From positions 2,656,001-2,720,000 of the forward strand of contig CBDFIJ010000004.1 of assembly GCA_965248055.1 (NCBI GenBank): 64,000 nucleotides of DNA, written 5' to 3'. The position numbers were made by a program, and so were the translations under genes. This DNA comes from Candidatus Multivoradales bacterium. GTDB lineage: Bacteria; Acidobacteriota; Thermoanaerobaculia; Multivoradales; JAHEKO01. Below, piece by piece: positions 49,160 to 59,796 of this stretch. Position 1 is the first letter of the stretch; every line of letters begins with the position of its first letter. Under the pieces are notes generated by a model. That model searched no databases and was not told the DNA's origin. It worked only from the letters and a program-made list of their open reading frames with translations.

Positions 49160-50502
49160 GAGGCGAGACCGAGTTTCTTCGCGTAGTAGCGGAAGGATCT
49201 GAAAGACACCCCCAGCAGTTCCGCAGCCTTGGTCTGCACACCGCCGGAGTTCTCTAGCGCTTGGCGCATCAGTTCTCGTCGCACGGAGTCGACGTAATTT
49301 TCAAGATCTAGTCCGTCTACGGGTAGTGTCAGATCACCGGAGAAAAAGGTCTCCTCGGGAGCGCGAATCTCTGTTGGCAGGTCCTCAAGAGTGATTACTT
49401 TGGTCTTCGCCATGGTAGCCGCGCGTTCGATGGCATTTTCGAGTTCGCGGACATTGCCCGGCCAGTCGTATTGCTTGAGCCTATCGAGGGCCTGGATGTT
49501 GATCTCTGCTGCGCCCCCGGAGGCCGCCAGCTTGGCCAGAAAGTGTCGGGACAGCACCTCGATGTCGTCTCGACGCTGGCGCAACGGAGGTACTTGGATG
49601 GGGAGAACGTTGACCCGGTAGTAGAGGTCTTCGCGAAAAGAACTGTCGGCGACTTTGCCCGCGAGGTCCTGGTTAGTGGCGGTGATAATGCGGGCATGAA
49701 ATGGCTCCTCGCGGTTCCCCCCCACCCGTCTTACTGTTCGCTCCTGGAGTGCGCGCAGTAGCTTGACCTGCATCGCTTGGGTCATGTCCCCGATTTCGTC
49801 CAAGAATAGAGTGCCGCGACCGGCTTCACGAAATAGACCCCGTCTTTCCTGTACCGCGCCGGTAAAGGCACCGCGGACGTGGCCGAACATCTCACTTTCT
49901 AGAAGCCCTTCCGGTAGCGCACCACAATTGATCGACAAGAAGGGTCCCTCAGAATTGGCACTCAGACGGTGGACTTCCCTTGCCACCAATTCTTTGCCGG
50001 TACCGCTTTCGCCTTGGATCAACACCGTAGAAGACGATTTCGCCACCCGGGTGATCAAGTCAAAAACGGTTGCCATGGCTGGGCTTTGGCCCACGATCGA
50101 GGACCGAGTGTCCACTCGGCGACCGACTAGAGAGATCTGTCGATCCAACACGTTGCGGACCACCGATCGAAATTCATCAATATCAAACGGCTTTGAGACA
50201 TAGTCTTCGGCGCCTAGCTTCATCGCTTCGATTGCTGAGTCGGTCGAGGTGTAGGCGGTCATCACGATCACTGGAACTTTTCGCTGGTCTTCGCGCAGTT
50301 GCCGCAATAGATCGAAGCCGTGCCCGTCACCAAGCTGCAGATCACAGATCACCAGCTGAAAGGTGTCGTTCTCCAAGAATTCCTGCGCCGCGCTGAGCGA
50401 GTCCGCAGCAGCAGTGGAGTAGCCGTCTTGCTCAAGCAGGACACCAACCATGTCCAGCAAGCTGGCTTCGTCGTCAACGATCAGAATTTTCGGTGCTGCC
50501 AT
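49156..50502 (-). CDS. pilR: Sigma54 response regulator, PilR-like
   Basis: REC domain, GAFTGA AAA+, HTH SFRSFRY; follows pilS and pilC. Confidence 0.85.
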   Translation of the reverse strand: MAAPKILIVDDEASLLDMVGVLLEQDGYSTAAADSLSAAQEFLENDTFQLVICDLQLGDGHGFDLLRQLREDQRKVPVIVMTAYTSTDSAIEAMKLGAEDYVSKPFDIDEFRSVVRNVLDRQISLVGRRVDTRSSIVGQSPAMATVFDLITRVAKSSSTVLIQGESGTGKELVAREVHRLSANSEGPFLSINCGALPEGLLESEMFGHVRGAFTGAVQERRGLFREAGRGTLFLDEIGDMTQAMQVKLLRALQERTVRRVGGNREEPFHARIITATNQDLAGKVADSSFREDLYYRVNVLPIQVPPLRQRRDDIEVLSRHFLAKLAASGGAAEINIQALDRLKQYDWPGNVRELENAIERAATMAKTKVITLEDLPTEIRAPEETFFSGDLTLPVDGLDLENYVDSVRRELMRQALENSGGVQTKAAELLGVSFRSFRYYAKKLGLAS

Positions 50503-50504
50503 GT

Positions 50505-52154
50505 CTAGGTCTGGGATTCTCTGGGACTAGCTTCCTCGGGACCAGTTTCTTCAAGATTAGGGAACTCTACTGTAGCCAGGGTGCCGCCGCCTTTGGCGGG
50601 GCCGATTCGCAGATGCCCTCGGTGTGCTTCGGCGATTCGATAAACGATTGCCAACCCGATTCCGGCACCCGCACGGAATTGAGATTGAAAAGGACTCACC
50701 AGGTTCGCCAGTTGTTTCGAGTCGATGCCCACTCCGTGATCTCGGACGGCAAGGGTCACCCAGGAATCATTGGCTTCGACCGAAATTTCCATTGTGCCGC
50801 CGTCGGGCATGGCGCGCAGAGCATTTTGCGTGAGGTTCCAAAAGATTTGCGTGACTTGATCGCAATCGGCAGCCAATATCTGTGGTTGGTCCAGGTTGTT
50901 CAGCTGGACTTGATGCTGGGTGCCGAAGTCAACACTATGGGTCAATAGCTCGGAGCACTCGCGTACCAGGGCGGTGAGATCAAAAGTAGTTCTGTCTACT
51001 TCTGGTCTGCGGGCGAACGACAGGAAATCCTTGACTGTGCGATCCAGACGCTGACTTTCTCGCCCAATAACTTGGAGCAGCCGTAGTTCTGACGGACTGG
51101 ATTCTGTTTCGCGCAGCAATTGCGCCGAACCGGCGATCGCGGCCAACGGGTTACCGATCTCGTGGGCTAGGCCAGCAGCCAATTCGCCGGCGGTCGCCAT
51201 ACGTTCCTGCAGCTGCAGTTCAGAAGCCAGGCGACGCTCCTCGGTGACATCGACAATCGTCATGCAACGGCCGATCTCTTGGTTTTGTGAAGTCAAAGGT
51301 CGGATGATGATGTCTAAAGCAAAGTGTCGGCCGCCTATCTCGACCTCGATTTCCTCACGCTCGCTGTTTCGACTAGCGAGCAGAGCGCTTACTTGCGATG
51401 GAAAACGATCACTGAAGGAGCGGCTGGGAGCGGCTACCGGATTGGGTATTGCAAACAGAGCACAGGCCGCCCGGTTGACGCTGGTCACGCCACCTTGCAG
51501 GTCGGTAGTGATGACCCCAGAATCGATCGATTCGAACACATTACGATAGAGGTTTTCCAGCCGCTGATAGCGTCTTTCAGAGTGTGCTAATTGACTGGCA
51601 ACGGCCTCGGTTCGGCCGATCAGATTGGACGCCAGAAGCGCGACCGCGTAAAGACCCAAGCAATGGGTCAAGATTTTGTAGACGACCAGAAAAACTAGGC
51701 TGTCCGGGTTGCTGTCAGGGGTCTGTGAAATCCACCAACCCTTGTACAAACCGGTAACGGCAACCGCGTAGCTGGCCCAGGCAAAGGTCGCGAGGTGGAA
51801 AGCAGCCCGCCGAGAGACCATCCAAGCAGCGGCGACCACGATCGGGAAATACAGCACGGAGAACGCCGTCCGCACTCCGTAATGGACCACCAACATGGTG
51901 ACTAGCCCCGTGTCGAACGCCAGTTGTACGTACGCCTGATTGCCCAGTCGATCGCTATTTCGAGCCCACCACCAGTAGAAGAAGGAGAGTAGATAACCCG
52001 CGGCGAGCATTCCCCAGAGGAACCATCCTGCGCTTGGGACGAACGGTTGTTGTTGATCGGAAAGAGCGCCTACGAGAACAATCGATGCGGCGCCGGTTGC
52101 GGCGACCAACCGAACCCAGATCAGGCGCTGGAGATTCGCTCTGATATTTTCCAT
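50505..52154 (-). CDS. pilS: Membrane PAS sensor histidine kinase, PilS-like
   Basis: Multiple TMs, PAS, LAHEIGNPL H-box, N and G boxes. Confidence 0.82.
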   Translation of the reverse strand: MENIRANLQRLIWVRLVAATGAASIVLVGALSDQQQPFVPSAGWFLWGMLAAGYLLSFFYWWWARNSDRLGNQAYVQLAFDTGLVTMLVVHYGVRTAFSVLYFPIVVAAAWMVSRRAAFHLATFAWASYAVAVTGLYKGWWISQTPDSNPDSLVFLVVYKILTHCLGLYAVALLASNLIGRTEAVASQLAHSERRYQRLENLYRNVFESIDSGVITTDLQGGVTSVNRAACALFAIPNPVAAPSRSFSDRFPSQVSALLASRNSEREEIEVEIGGRHFALDIIIRPLTSQNQEIGRCMTIVDVTEERRLASELQLQERMATAGELAAGLAHEIGNPLAAIAGSAQLLRETESSPSELRLLQVIGRESQRLDRTVKDFLSFARRPEVDRTTFDLTALVRECSELLTHSVDFGTQHQVQLNNLDQPQILAADCDQVTQIFWNLTQNALRAMPDGGTMEISVEANDSWVTLAVRDHGVGIDSKQLANLVSPFQSQFRAGAGIGLAIVYRIAEAHRGHLRIGPAKGGGTLATVEFPNLEETGPEEASPRESQT

Positions 52155-52196
52155 CCGTTGCTGATCCTACGACGGACGATCGCTGTTTACAGATGC

Positions 52197-53402
52197 CTAG
52201 TTGATCTGGGACAGCATCGAATACAGAGGCAGATACATCGCTGTAACGATAAACCCAATGACAATACCCAGAAAAACGATTAGCAGGGGCTCGATCAGTT
52301 TCATCAATCCTTCGACTGCAATGTCAACTTCTTCTTCGTAGAAATCGGCGACTTTGGAGAGCAACTGGTCGATGGCGCCGGTTTGCTCACCAACCGCAAC
52401 CATCTGCACCGCCATCGCCGGAAAGCGCTTGGTTTCCGCCAACGGTCCAGCCAAGGAGCGACCCTGTTCGACGTCCGCACGCACTTGGTAGACCGCATCT
52501 TCAATGACGGCATTACCCGCGGTGCGAGCAGTAATGTCGAGCGCCTCCAGAATTGGAACACCAGAGACGGTTAAGGTGGCCAAGGTTCTGCCGAACCGCG
52601 CCACCGCGATCTTGAGCAGCAGATCGCCGAGCACCGGAATCTTTAGCAACAACCGGTCAACCATCCTTCGACCGGAGTCGGTCCGGTAGTAGACACGAAT
52701 CCCGAGTACCAGCACGATCAAACCAGCGAAAATCCACGGTGACCAGCGACCCAGGAAATTGGAAATACCAACGATGACCTGGGTTAGGTATGGCAGCTCG
52801 CCGCCGAGCCCAGAGTAGAGTTGTTGGAAGACCGGGATGACTTTCCACAGAATGACGTAGACCACGGCGATGGCGACAAAGGTCACGGTTGCCGGGTAGA
52901 GCATTGCTGCTCGAACTTGCGCTGTGAGTCGGACGATTTTGTCTAGGTACTCCGCCAGCCTGCGCAGGACAACGTCCAAGACACCGCCGCTTTCGCCCGC
53001 CTCAATCATCGCGGTCATCAGGTCGTCAAAGGCTTTGGGCTGCTTGTGCATCGAGTCGGCCAACGACGAACCGCCCTCGATGTCCGCACGCACCTCTTCA
53101 ACGATTTCTCTGAACTTCTTCTTCTCGTGCTGACTGCCCAAGATTTCGAGACATTGCACTAGGGGTAGCCCGGCTTCCAGCATCACCGAAAACTGGCGCA
53201 TGAAAACCGCCAGAATCTTTTTTGGGATCGAGAAATCGAGGCCGAGGCGAGACCGCCAACCGGTCTGCCGCTCGCGAATACTGGCAACCGTGATCTGTTG
53301 CCGTCGCAACATGACCATTGCTGCAGCTCGATTGTCCGCCGCAATCACTCCACTCTGAGATTCTCCGTTGCGACTCCGTCCCCGCCACTGATAGTTCGGC
53401 AT
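52197..53402 (-). CDS. pilC: Type IV pilus platform protein
   Basis: T2SSF repeats, AGESGGVL, AMLYP, VGEQTG, EPLLIV. Confidence 0.92.
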   Translation of the reverse strand: MPNYQWRGRSRNGESQSGVIAADNRAAAMVMLRRQQITVASIRERQTGWRSRLGLDFSIPKKILAVFMRQFSVMLEAGLPLVQCLEILGSQHEKKKFREIVEEVRADIEGGSSLADSMHKQPKAFDDLMTAMIEAGESGGVLDVVLRRLAEYLDKIVRLTAQVRAAMLYPATVTFVAIAVVYVILWKVIPVFQQLYSGLGGELPYLTQVIVGISNFLGRWSPWIFAGLIVLVLGIRVYYRTDSGRRMVDRLLLKIPVLGDLLLKIAVARFGRTLATLTVSGVPILEALDITARTAGNAVIEDAVYQVRADVEQGRSLAGPLAETKRFPAMAVQMVAVGEQTGAIDQLLSKVADFYEEEVDIAVEGLMKLIEPLLIVFLGIVIGFIVTAMYLPLYSMLSQIN

Positions 53403-53435
53403 TCAGTATTACCCTGCTTGATTACCTTCTGTTGG

Positions 53436-54542
53436 CTATCTTGTGTTCACCATGACCTGGGTCAGAGCTTCTGGACCCCGATCCAAGATTTCTTCCAACT
53501 CTTCGACTCGAGAGGAACGAGAAAGCGCGAGCTGCTTGGTAATCGATCTCTTGAAGTAGAGGGCTGCCAAGGATTGGTTGAAAGTCTGCATTTCGTGTTT
53601 TGCTTGTCCAGCTTGCATCATGCCGTAGACCTGATGCACTTTGTCTTCGCGGATTAGATTTCGGATCGCAGAAGTTGGCACCAGTACCTCCATCGCCAGG
53701 GCGCGGCCCTCCCCAGAGGCCTTCGGAAGAAGTGCTTGGCACAGGATCCCCTCCAGAACCAGGGAAAGCTGGGCACGAATCTGGCCCTGCTGGTGAGCAG
53801 GGAAGATATCAACGATTCGGTTGATTGTCTGAGCTGCAGAATTGGTGTGCAGCGTGGCAAAGGTGAGATGTCCCGTTTCGGCGACGCGCAATGCCGCTTC
53901 AACCGTGGTGTGGTCGCGCATTTCGCCGATCAGCGCGACATCTGGGTCCTGGCGCAAGATGGAACGCATCGCGGCTTCCCAAGACAAGGTGTCTTGATCG
54001 AGTTCCCGTTGATTGATGATGCAACTTTTGTGATTGTGGAGATACTCGATGGGGTCCTCGATGGTGACAATGTGTGCGGTGCGTTCGGCATTGATCTTGT
54101 CGATCATCGCTGCCAAGGTTGTGCTCTTTCCCGAACCGGTGGGGCCGGTGACCAACACCAGTCCACGAGGTTTGTCACATAGCGACTCGACGATCCCAGG
54201 GAGGCCTAGCTCCCGGAAGGAACGAATTTCAAAAGGGATCTGGCGAAATGCCGCCGCTAACGATCCGCGTTGATGAAATACATTGGCGCGAAATCGAGCC
54301 AAACCGCGAATACCAAAGGAAAAGTCGATCTCAAGATCTTCTTCCAATCGATGCTTTTGATTGTCGGTAAGAATTGAGTAGATCAAACGCTTGGTTTCAG
54401 ACGGCTGAAGGTCATCGTGGTTGAGCCTGACAAGTTCTCCGTCGATACGGATTTGCGGCGCTGAGTAAACCGTGATGTGAAGATCCGAAGCCCCCCGCTC
54501 CACAGCTTCGGTGAGAAAGTCCTTGAGCGTTTTTGTCAGCAC
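53436..54542 (-). CDS. pilT: Type IV pilus retraction ATPase
   Basis: ASDLH, GPTGSGKSTT, EDPIE, LRQDPD, GEMRD, TLHT, AIRNLIRE. Confidence 0.95.
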   Translation of the reverse strand: MLTKTLKDFLTEAVERGASDLHITVYSAPQIRIDGELVRLNHDDLQPSETKRLIYSILTDNQKHRLEEDLEIDFSFGIRGLARFRANVFHQRGSLAAAFRQIPFEIRSFRELGLPGIVESLCDKPRGLVLVTGPTGSGKSTTLAAMIDKINAERTAHIVTIEDPIEYLHNHKSCIINQRELDQDTLSWEAAMRSILRQDPDVALIGEMRDHTTVEAALRVAETGHLTFATLHTNSAAQTINRIVDIFPAHQQGQIRAQLSLVLEGILCQALLPKASGEGRALAMEVLVPTSAIRNLIREDKVHQVYGMMQAGQAKHEMQTFNQSLAALYFKRSITKQLALSRSSRVEELEEILDRGPEALTQVMVNTR

Positions 54543-54637
54543 ACCGATTTCCCCATTTTGGACCGTAGTCCAGAATTTTCGGCAGTGTAACCCAACCAAC
54601 GAGCTGGAGGTAGAGGTGTTGGTCACAGCCTATTGAT

Positions 54638-56521
54638 ATGGTCCCGCCCGCGATGTTTGATGACACTAATGAAGCAGCGGTTGGCAATATCTTCGACCGG
54701 GAGTTGTTTTTTCGGCTTCTGGGGTATCTCAAGCCCTACCAGGGGCGTGTGGTTTTTGCCGTCGCCCTGATTATCGGATCTTCAGTCCTGCAACTCGCCG
54801 GCCCGCTGTTGACCGCCACCGCGCTCGACGCGTTGGTGCGTTCGGATGCTGCTCCCACCGCCACCGGCGCGTGGCTGAGAGAGCAAATTAGCTCGGGCCA
54901 GTGGACCGCCGATGGTGCCCTGGCGGTGATTGGCCTCCTTTACGTGGTTTCGCTGGTGCTGTCGTTTGTCGTGCTGTTTGGTCAGGGTTGGCTGATGCAG
55001 AACCTGGGACAGCGAGTTTTGGCCGACTTGCGGGGCCAGATCTTTGCGCACCTGCAGCGGCTGGAAATCGCCTTCTTTGACCGCAATCCGGTGGGCCGCC
55101 TGGTGACTCGAGTGACCAATGATGTCGACGCCCTGAACGAGTTGTTCACCTCTGGTGTGGTGGCGATCTTTGGAGATTTGGCTCTGCTGACCGGAATCAT
55201 CGCCGTACTGGCATGGATGGATTGGCGTCTTGCCCTGACGACGTTGGCGGTTTTGCCAGCCCTGGCGGTATTGACGGTGTGGTTTCGTCTTCGAGCGCGC
55301 CAAAGCTATCGGGATGTGCGCACGCGACTGGCGAAGATCAATGCCTTTCTTCAGGAGCACATTACCGGCATTTCTGTCATCCAGTTGTTCACCGCTGAGC
55401 GTTCAACCATAGACCAGTTTTCCGCGATCAACGATCAGCACCGCAGCGCCAACGTCAAGGCGATCTTCTACTACGCGGTCTACTACCCGGCAGTGGAACT
55501 TCTCACCGCGATCGGCGTGGGATTGATTTTGTGGTTTGGAGGTCGACTCTCCACCAGCGGGGCGATCTCAATCGGTGCCTTGGTGGCCTTTCTGCAATAT
55601 GCTCAGCGCTTCTATCGTCCGCTCTCCGACTTGGCGGAGAAATACAACATTTTGCAGGCGGCGATGGCTGCTTCGGAAAGGATTTTTGCGCTTCTCGATC
55701 GCAATCCCGAGATCGAGTCGCCGGTCGAAGGCAGAGTCGACGCAGTGCGTGGCACGATCGAGTTTCGAGATGTCAACTTTTCTTACCTGGTAGGGGAGCC
55801 GGTACTTGAGGGCATCTCGTTTCGTGTCGAGGCGGGTGAGACGGTGGCGATTGTTGGCCACACCGGCGCGGGCAAGACCACTCTGTCCAATCTCATATTG
55901 CGTTTCTACGATGTCGACTCGGGGTCAGTCGAGATCGATGGCGTCGATGTCCGTCAATGGAACTTGGATGCGTTGCGGGGCGGCTGCGGCATGGTCCTAC
56001 AAGACGTCTTCTTGTTCTCCCGTTCGGTCGCGGAGAACATTCTGTTGGGGCGGGGCAGTGATCCCAATATCGATGCCCTGCAGTTGCTCCGTAGCGCCGC
56101 TTCGGACGCTCAGATTCTGGACACCATCAACGAGTTGCCGCAGGGGTTTGAGGATCCTGTGCGGGAACGGGGTGCCGGGTTCTCGGTCGGTCAAAAGCAA
56201 CTCTTGAGTTTTGCCCGGGCACTGTCTGCTGATCCTCGCATCTTAATTCTGGACGAAGCCACGTCTTCGGTGGATCCAACCACCGAAGAGGCGATTCAAG
56301 TTGCCTTAGATCGTCTGCTGGCCGGCCGCACCAGCTTGGTGATCGCTCATCGGCTGTCGACCATTCAGCGCGCGGATCGGGTTCTGGTGTTTCACCACGG
56401 TCGTTTGCGCGAGCAGGGCACCCACCAAGAATTGTTGGCTCAAGATGGGATCTACGCCCGGCTCTATCAGCTTCAATACGCTGATGGCAGTCGGATTTCC
56501 AGCGCAGTAGACAACCTGTAG
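54638..56521 (+). CDS. ABC exporter, fused TMD-NBD (MdlB-like)
   Basis: TMD, GHTGAGKT, FSVGQKQ, LDEATS, IAHRLST. Confidence 0.93.
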   Translation: MVPPAMFDDTNEAAVGNIFDRELFFRLLGYLKPYQGRVVFAVALIIGSSVLQLAGPLLTATALDALVRSDAAPTATGAWLREQISSGQWTADGALAVIGLLYVVSLVLSFVVLFGQGWLMQNLGQRVLADLRGQIFAHLQRLEIAFFDRNPVGRLVTRVTNDVDALNELFTSGVVAIFGDLALLTGIIAVLAWMDWRLALTTLAVLPALAVLTVWFRLRARQSYRDVRTRLAKINAFLQEHITGISVIQLFTAERSTIDQFSAINDQHRSANVKAIFYYAVYYPAVELLTAIGVGLILWFGGRLSTSGAISIGALVAFLQYAQRFYRPLSDLAEKYNILQAAMAASERIFALLDRNPEIESPVEGRVDAVRGTIEFRDVNFSYLVGEPVLEGISFRVEAGETVAIVGHTGAGKTTLSNLILRFYDVDSGSVEIDGVDVRQWNLDALRGGCGMVLQDVFLFSRSVAENILLGRGSDPNIDALQLLRSAASDAQILDTINELPQGFEDPVRERGAGFSVGQKQLLSFARALSADPRILILDEATSSVDPTTEEAIQVALDRLLAGRTSLVIAHRLSTIQRADRVLVFHHGRLREQGTHQELLAQDGIYARLYQLQYADGSRISSAVDNL

Positions 56522-56673
56522 GTATGCGAGCCTGAGATCTCTCGGAATCTGTTTCGAGTCTTGCAACGGTGTGTGGTCTTTTTTCTCCAAGTTGTCAGGA
56601 ACTCGGCCCGTCAGTCAGAGTATGCCGATAGTGGGTTTCAACAACCTCAGGGCCTGCAGGAGAGGTGCGGCAA

Positions 56674-57324
56674 TTACCAACTCACCGAGTCTAACTTCCA
56701 CCCATCATCGTAGAGCGCGAATGTTGCGATGCCACTATTATCCCTGTCGTCAACTAGCCTCTTTGAGCAGACGTTCGCAAGAAGGGTGAAGTCTTCATAT
56801 CCCCAGACAAAGTTCACGTGGGAAACAGTCAGCCCAAGTGCTGGTGTTGGCTCTGAAATACTTGCTATTCTTCGGATTCTTCGTTTGCCAGCAAGTACCT
56901 CGACGCCTTCTCTCACCTCATTGAAGTGTCTGGAAATGGTTTTTCTTCTTACCAGCAGTAGCGCTTCGTCCGTCAGGTCTACTCTCCAATCCGATGTGTA
57001 TTTGTTATGCGGATTAGCCCGAGTAAATGTCCTCAAGTCGGTGGCCAAACCCAGCTCTAGCAGTTTCACGAAACACGTGTTGTCTTCGAGGAGCCTAGCT
57101 TTGTGCTTTTCGAGCCCGCCCTCCTCAAACACATAGTCCTCGATCATAATTGTGTGAGTGAGCTCTTCGCCAGCAGAGTTGTGAATTTCTAGTAACCCCA
57201 AAGCGCGAGAGCGAGAGAGATTCTTGTTGCTACAGGCACCACTGTTCGCGATGGTAACCAAGGAAATAGCAAGACCAATAGCCAAGCGGATAGGTCGCTG
57301 GATAGGGAGGTTGTGTTTCAACAT
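56674..57324 (-). CDS. Hypothetical protein, possible lipoprotein
   Basis: Hydrophobic stretch then SGAC; ends F..YDDGWK; no family recognised. Confidence 0.55.
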   Translation of the reverse strand: MLKHNLPIQRPIRLAIGLAISLVTIANSGACSNKNLSRSRALGLLEIHNSAGEELTHTIMIEDYVFEEGGLEKHKARLLEDNTCFVKLLELGLATDLRTFTRANPHNKYTSDWRVDLTDEALLLVRRKTISRHFNEVREGVEVLAGKRRIRRIASISEPTPALGLTVSHVNFVWGYEDFTLLANVCSKRLVDDRDNSGIATFALYDDGWKLDSVSW

Positions 57325-57451
57325 GCAGCATTTCCTTGTGGCCTGACGGCACAGCATTGGGCCGATGCCAACATTATATTCCTACCCTTTCTGCTACAAA
57401 ACGCAAGAAGAACTCTTGCGTGAGTATGGCCCTAGGCTTGGAGTCTCGGAG

Positions 57452-57988
57452 CTATGAGGGCTCTGTCGCCAGTTCCAGAGATTCCAAAAGTGTGAGCAAA
57501 TTGTGCCCGCGTAGGTTTGCGTCACTGTTGCCAGGATAGGCATAACGAATAACCAATAGTCTGCCACCTTTGGGATGGACAGTATAGCCCCAAAGTTCGC
57601 CCACGCTATTCCGTTCAGTATCTGGATAGCGACCCCGGGCGGTGTAGATTAAACCAATTGGCGCTTTCAACTGGCGATTGCCGAAACTCTCTCCTCCATC
57701 GAGGGCGTCGAACTCTGCGAGTTTATTGCGCGCGGCCTGCTCGATATTGATGACGTCGTCTTCGCCGTTGACCAGAGTCAGAGTTCCCTGCGAGCCATCA
57801 CTCAGAATCCATTGGTCAGAGTCCTGAGCGACCACGGACCAGGGATCGCTGAGATCCACGACACGAATCCCCAGCGATTGGTGGTCGATGGTTGTCGATT
57901 CGTGAGTCGGCCGAGCAGATGGAGTACAGTTGAGCGCTAGCGTTAGCAACAAAACCGTTGGCAGAGAAGAGTGATATTGGCAGTACAT
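57452..57988 (-). CDS. Hypothetical exported protein or lipoprotein
   Basis: LLLTLALNC signal-like N-terminus; 178-aa ORF. Confidence 0.6.
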   Translation of the reverse strand: MYCQYHSSLPTVLLLTLALNCTPSARPTHESTTIDHQSLGIRVVDLSDPWSVVAQDSDQWILSDGSQGTLTLVNGEDDVINIEQAARNKLAEFDALDGGESFGNRQLKAPIGLIYTARGRYPDTERNSVGELWGYTVHPKGGRLLVIRYAYPGNSDANLRGHNLLTLLESLELATEPS

Positions 57989-58075
57989 TTGAAGTTGACT
58001 CCTTACTCTTGATTTGAACCGAGTTGGACTGTTGATTCCATCATCCGTAATCCTGCTGTCCGGAGCTTAAAGAGA

Positions 58076-59488
58076 TCAACCCGTCAGGTCTTTGAATTCG
58101 GTGATCATTTCCTGCACCGCCGCTTTGGCATCGGCGAACACCATCATGGTGTTGTCGCGTTCAAACAGCGGATTCTTGATCCCGGCGAAGCCAGGGCTAA
58201 GGCTGCGTTTGATCACCACCACCAAGCGGGCGTGAGACACCTCGAGGATCGGCATGCCGTAAATCGGGCTTCCTGGGTCTTCCGCGGTTGGGTTGACGAC
58301 ATCGTTGGCGCCGACGACGATCGCGACATCGGTCTGAGGGAATTCCGGGTTGATATGCGCCATCTCGATCAGCTGCTCGTAGGGTACGTCGGCTTCAGCC
58401 AACAGCACGTTCATATGTCCCGGCATGCGACCGGCGACCGGGTGAATCGCATAGGAAACCTTAGTGCCGCGCGCTTCCAGCAAGGCGGCCAGTTCATGCA
58501 CCGCGTGTTGGGCCTGGGCCACCGCTAGGCCGTAGCCCGGCACGAACACCACGCTCTCAGCATTCTCCAGCACTAGAGCGACGTCTTCCGCGCCATAGGA
58601 GCGAACATTTTCGTACTCTTGATCCCCCGCCGACGAGTCGACCGCGCCGAAGCCACCGACCAGGACACTGAGCAAAGATCGATTCATCGCTTTGCACATG
58701 ATCTGAGTCAGGATCAGTCCCGACGCTCCGACCAGTGCTCCAGCGATCACCAACAGCAGGTTATTGACCACGAAGCCGGTGGCCGCAGCGGCGACTCCAG
58801 ACAGCGAGTTGAGCAGCGAGATCACCACCGGCATATCGGCGCCACCGATCGGTAGCACTAGGAGAGCGCCGAGCACTAGGCCGATTGCCACCAATCCCCA
58901 AATCCATAGCGACGCCGCTTCGGCACCGACTTGGTTTGCCAGCACTAGGCCAATTCCAATCGCACTTAGTGCGAGCAACCCATGCAGCACATGGCGGCCC
59001 GGAAGCAAGGTCGGTTTGCCGGATATTTTGCCCGAGAGCTTGCCAAACGCCACCGCGCTGCCGCCCATGGTCAAGGTGCCGATGATCATCGATGCCATGC
59101 CACTGACGACCGCTGCAGCACCCAAGTGATCCACCATCAACTGTTGGGAGCCGGGTTCAATCCAGTTGAGAAAAAAGAAAGAGGCGGCAACCAGTGCCGA
59201 AGCCAATCCACCGAATCCGTTCAAAATGGCAACCATCTCCGGCATCGCCGTCATCTCGACCTTGAGAGCCAAGATCGCACCCACGGCTGCGCCCAGCACC
59301 AGCCCTAGGACGATCCAAGTCGGATGGATGGCTTCTAGCTCTAAGACGGTAGTGGCAATTGCCAGCAGCATGGCGAATGCTGCCAGCGCATTCCCGCGCC
59401 GCGCCGTGCGCACTCGTGTCAGGTTTTTGATTCCGACAACGAACAGAATTGCCGAGACCAAATAGAGAAGAGGAATCAAGAAAGTCAT
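58076..59488 (-). CDS. pntB: NAD(P) transhydrogenase beta subunit
   Basis: MPEMVA, IGGADMPVVIS, PGYGLAVAQAQ, HPVAGRMPGHMNVLLAEA, GANDVVNP. Confidence 0.97.
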   Translation of the reverse strand: MTFLIPLLYLVSAILFVVGIKNLTRVRTARRGNALAAFAMLLAIATTVLELEAIHPTWIVLGLVLGAAVGAILALKVEMTAMPEMVAILNGFGGLASALVAASFFFLNWIEPGSQQLMVDHLGAAAVVSGMASMIIGTLTMGGSAVAFGKLSGKISGKPTLLPGRHVLHGLLALSAIGIGLVLANQVGAEAASLWIWGLVAIGLVLGALLVLPIGGADMPVVISLLNSLSGVAAAATGFVVNNLLLVIAGALVGASGLILTQIMCKAMNRSLLSVLVGGFGAVDSSAGDQEYENVRSYGAEDVALVLENAESVVFVPGYGLAVAQAQHAVHELAALLEARGTKVSYAIHPVAGRMPGHMNVLLAEADVPYEQLIEMAHINPEFPQTDVAIVVGANDVVNPTAEDPGSPIYGMPILEVSHARLVVVIKRSLSPGFAGIKNPLFERDNTMMVFADAKAAVQEMITEFKDLTG

Positions 59489-59796
59489 TGGGCGGTCTTT
59501 TTTCGTGATTTCTTGTCTTTGCCGCGAAACATTCCGAGCATTCGGTCGGTCACTAGAAAGCCGCCAACCACATTGAGGGTGGCCAACGCAACGGCAGCGG
59601 TTCCCAGCCAGGTGCTCAGTTGCGGGTCGCCGTTGTTGGCGCTATACAAGGCTCCAAGCACGGTAATTCCTGAGATCGCGTTGGCGCCAGACATCAAAGG
59701 TGTATGCAGGGTTGGTGGCACCTTGGTGATCAATTCAAAACCGAGGAAGGAGGACAGCACCAGGACGTAGACGGCGATCAATACCGGGCCGATCAT
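59485..59796 (-). CDS. pntAB: NAD(P) transhydrogenase alpha subunit, membrane part
   Basis: VPPTLHTPLMSGANAISG, NVVGGFLVTDRML. Confidence 0.95.
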   Translation of the reverse strand: MIGPVLIAVYVLVLSSFLGFELITKVPPTLHTPLMSGANAISGITVLGALYSANNGDPQLSTWLGTAAVALATLNVVGGFLVTDRMLGMFRGKDKKSRKKTAQ

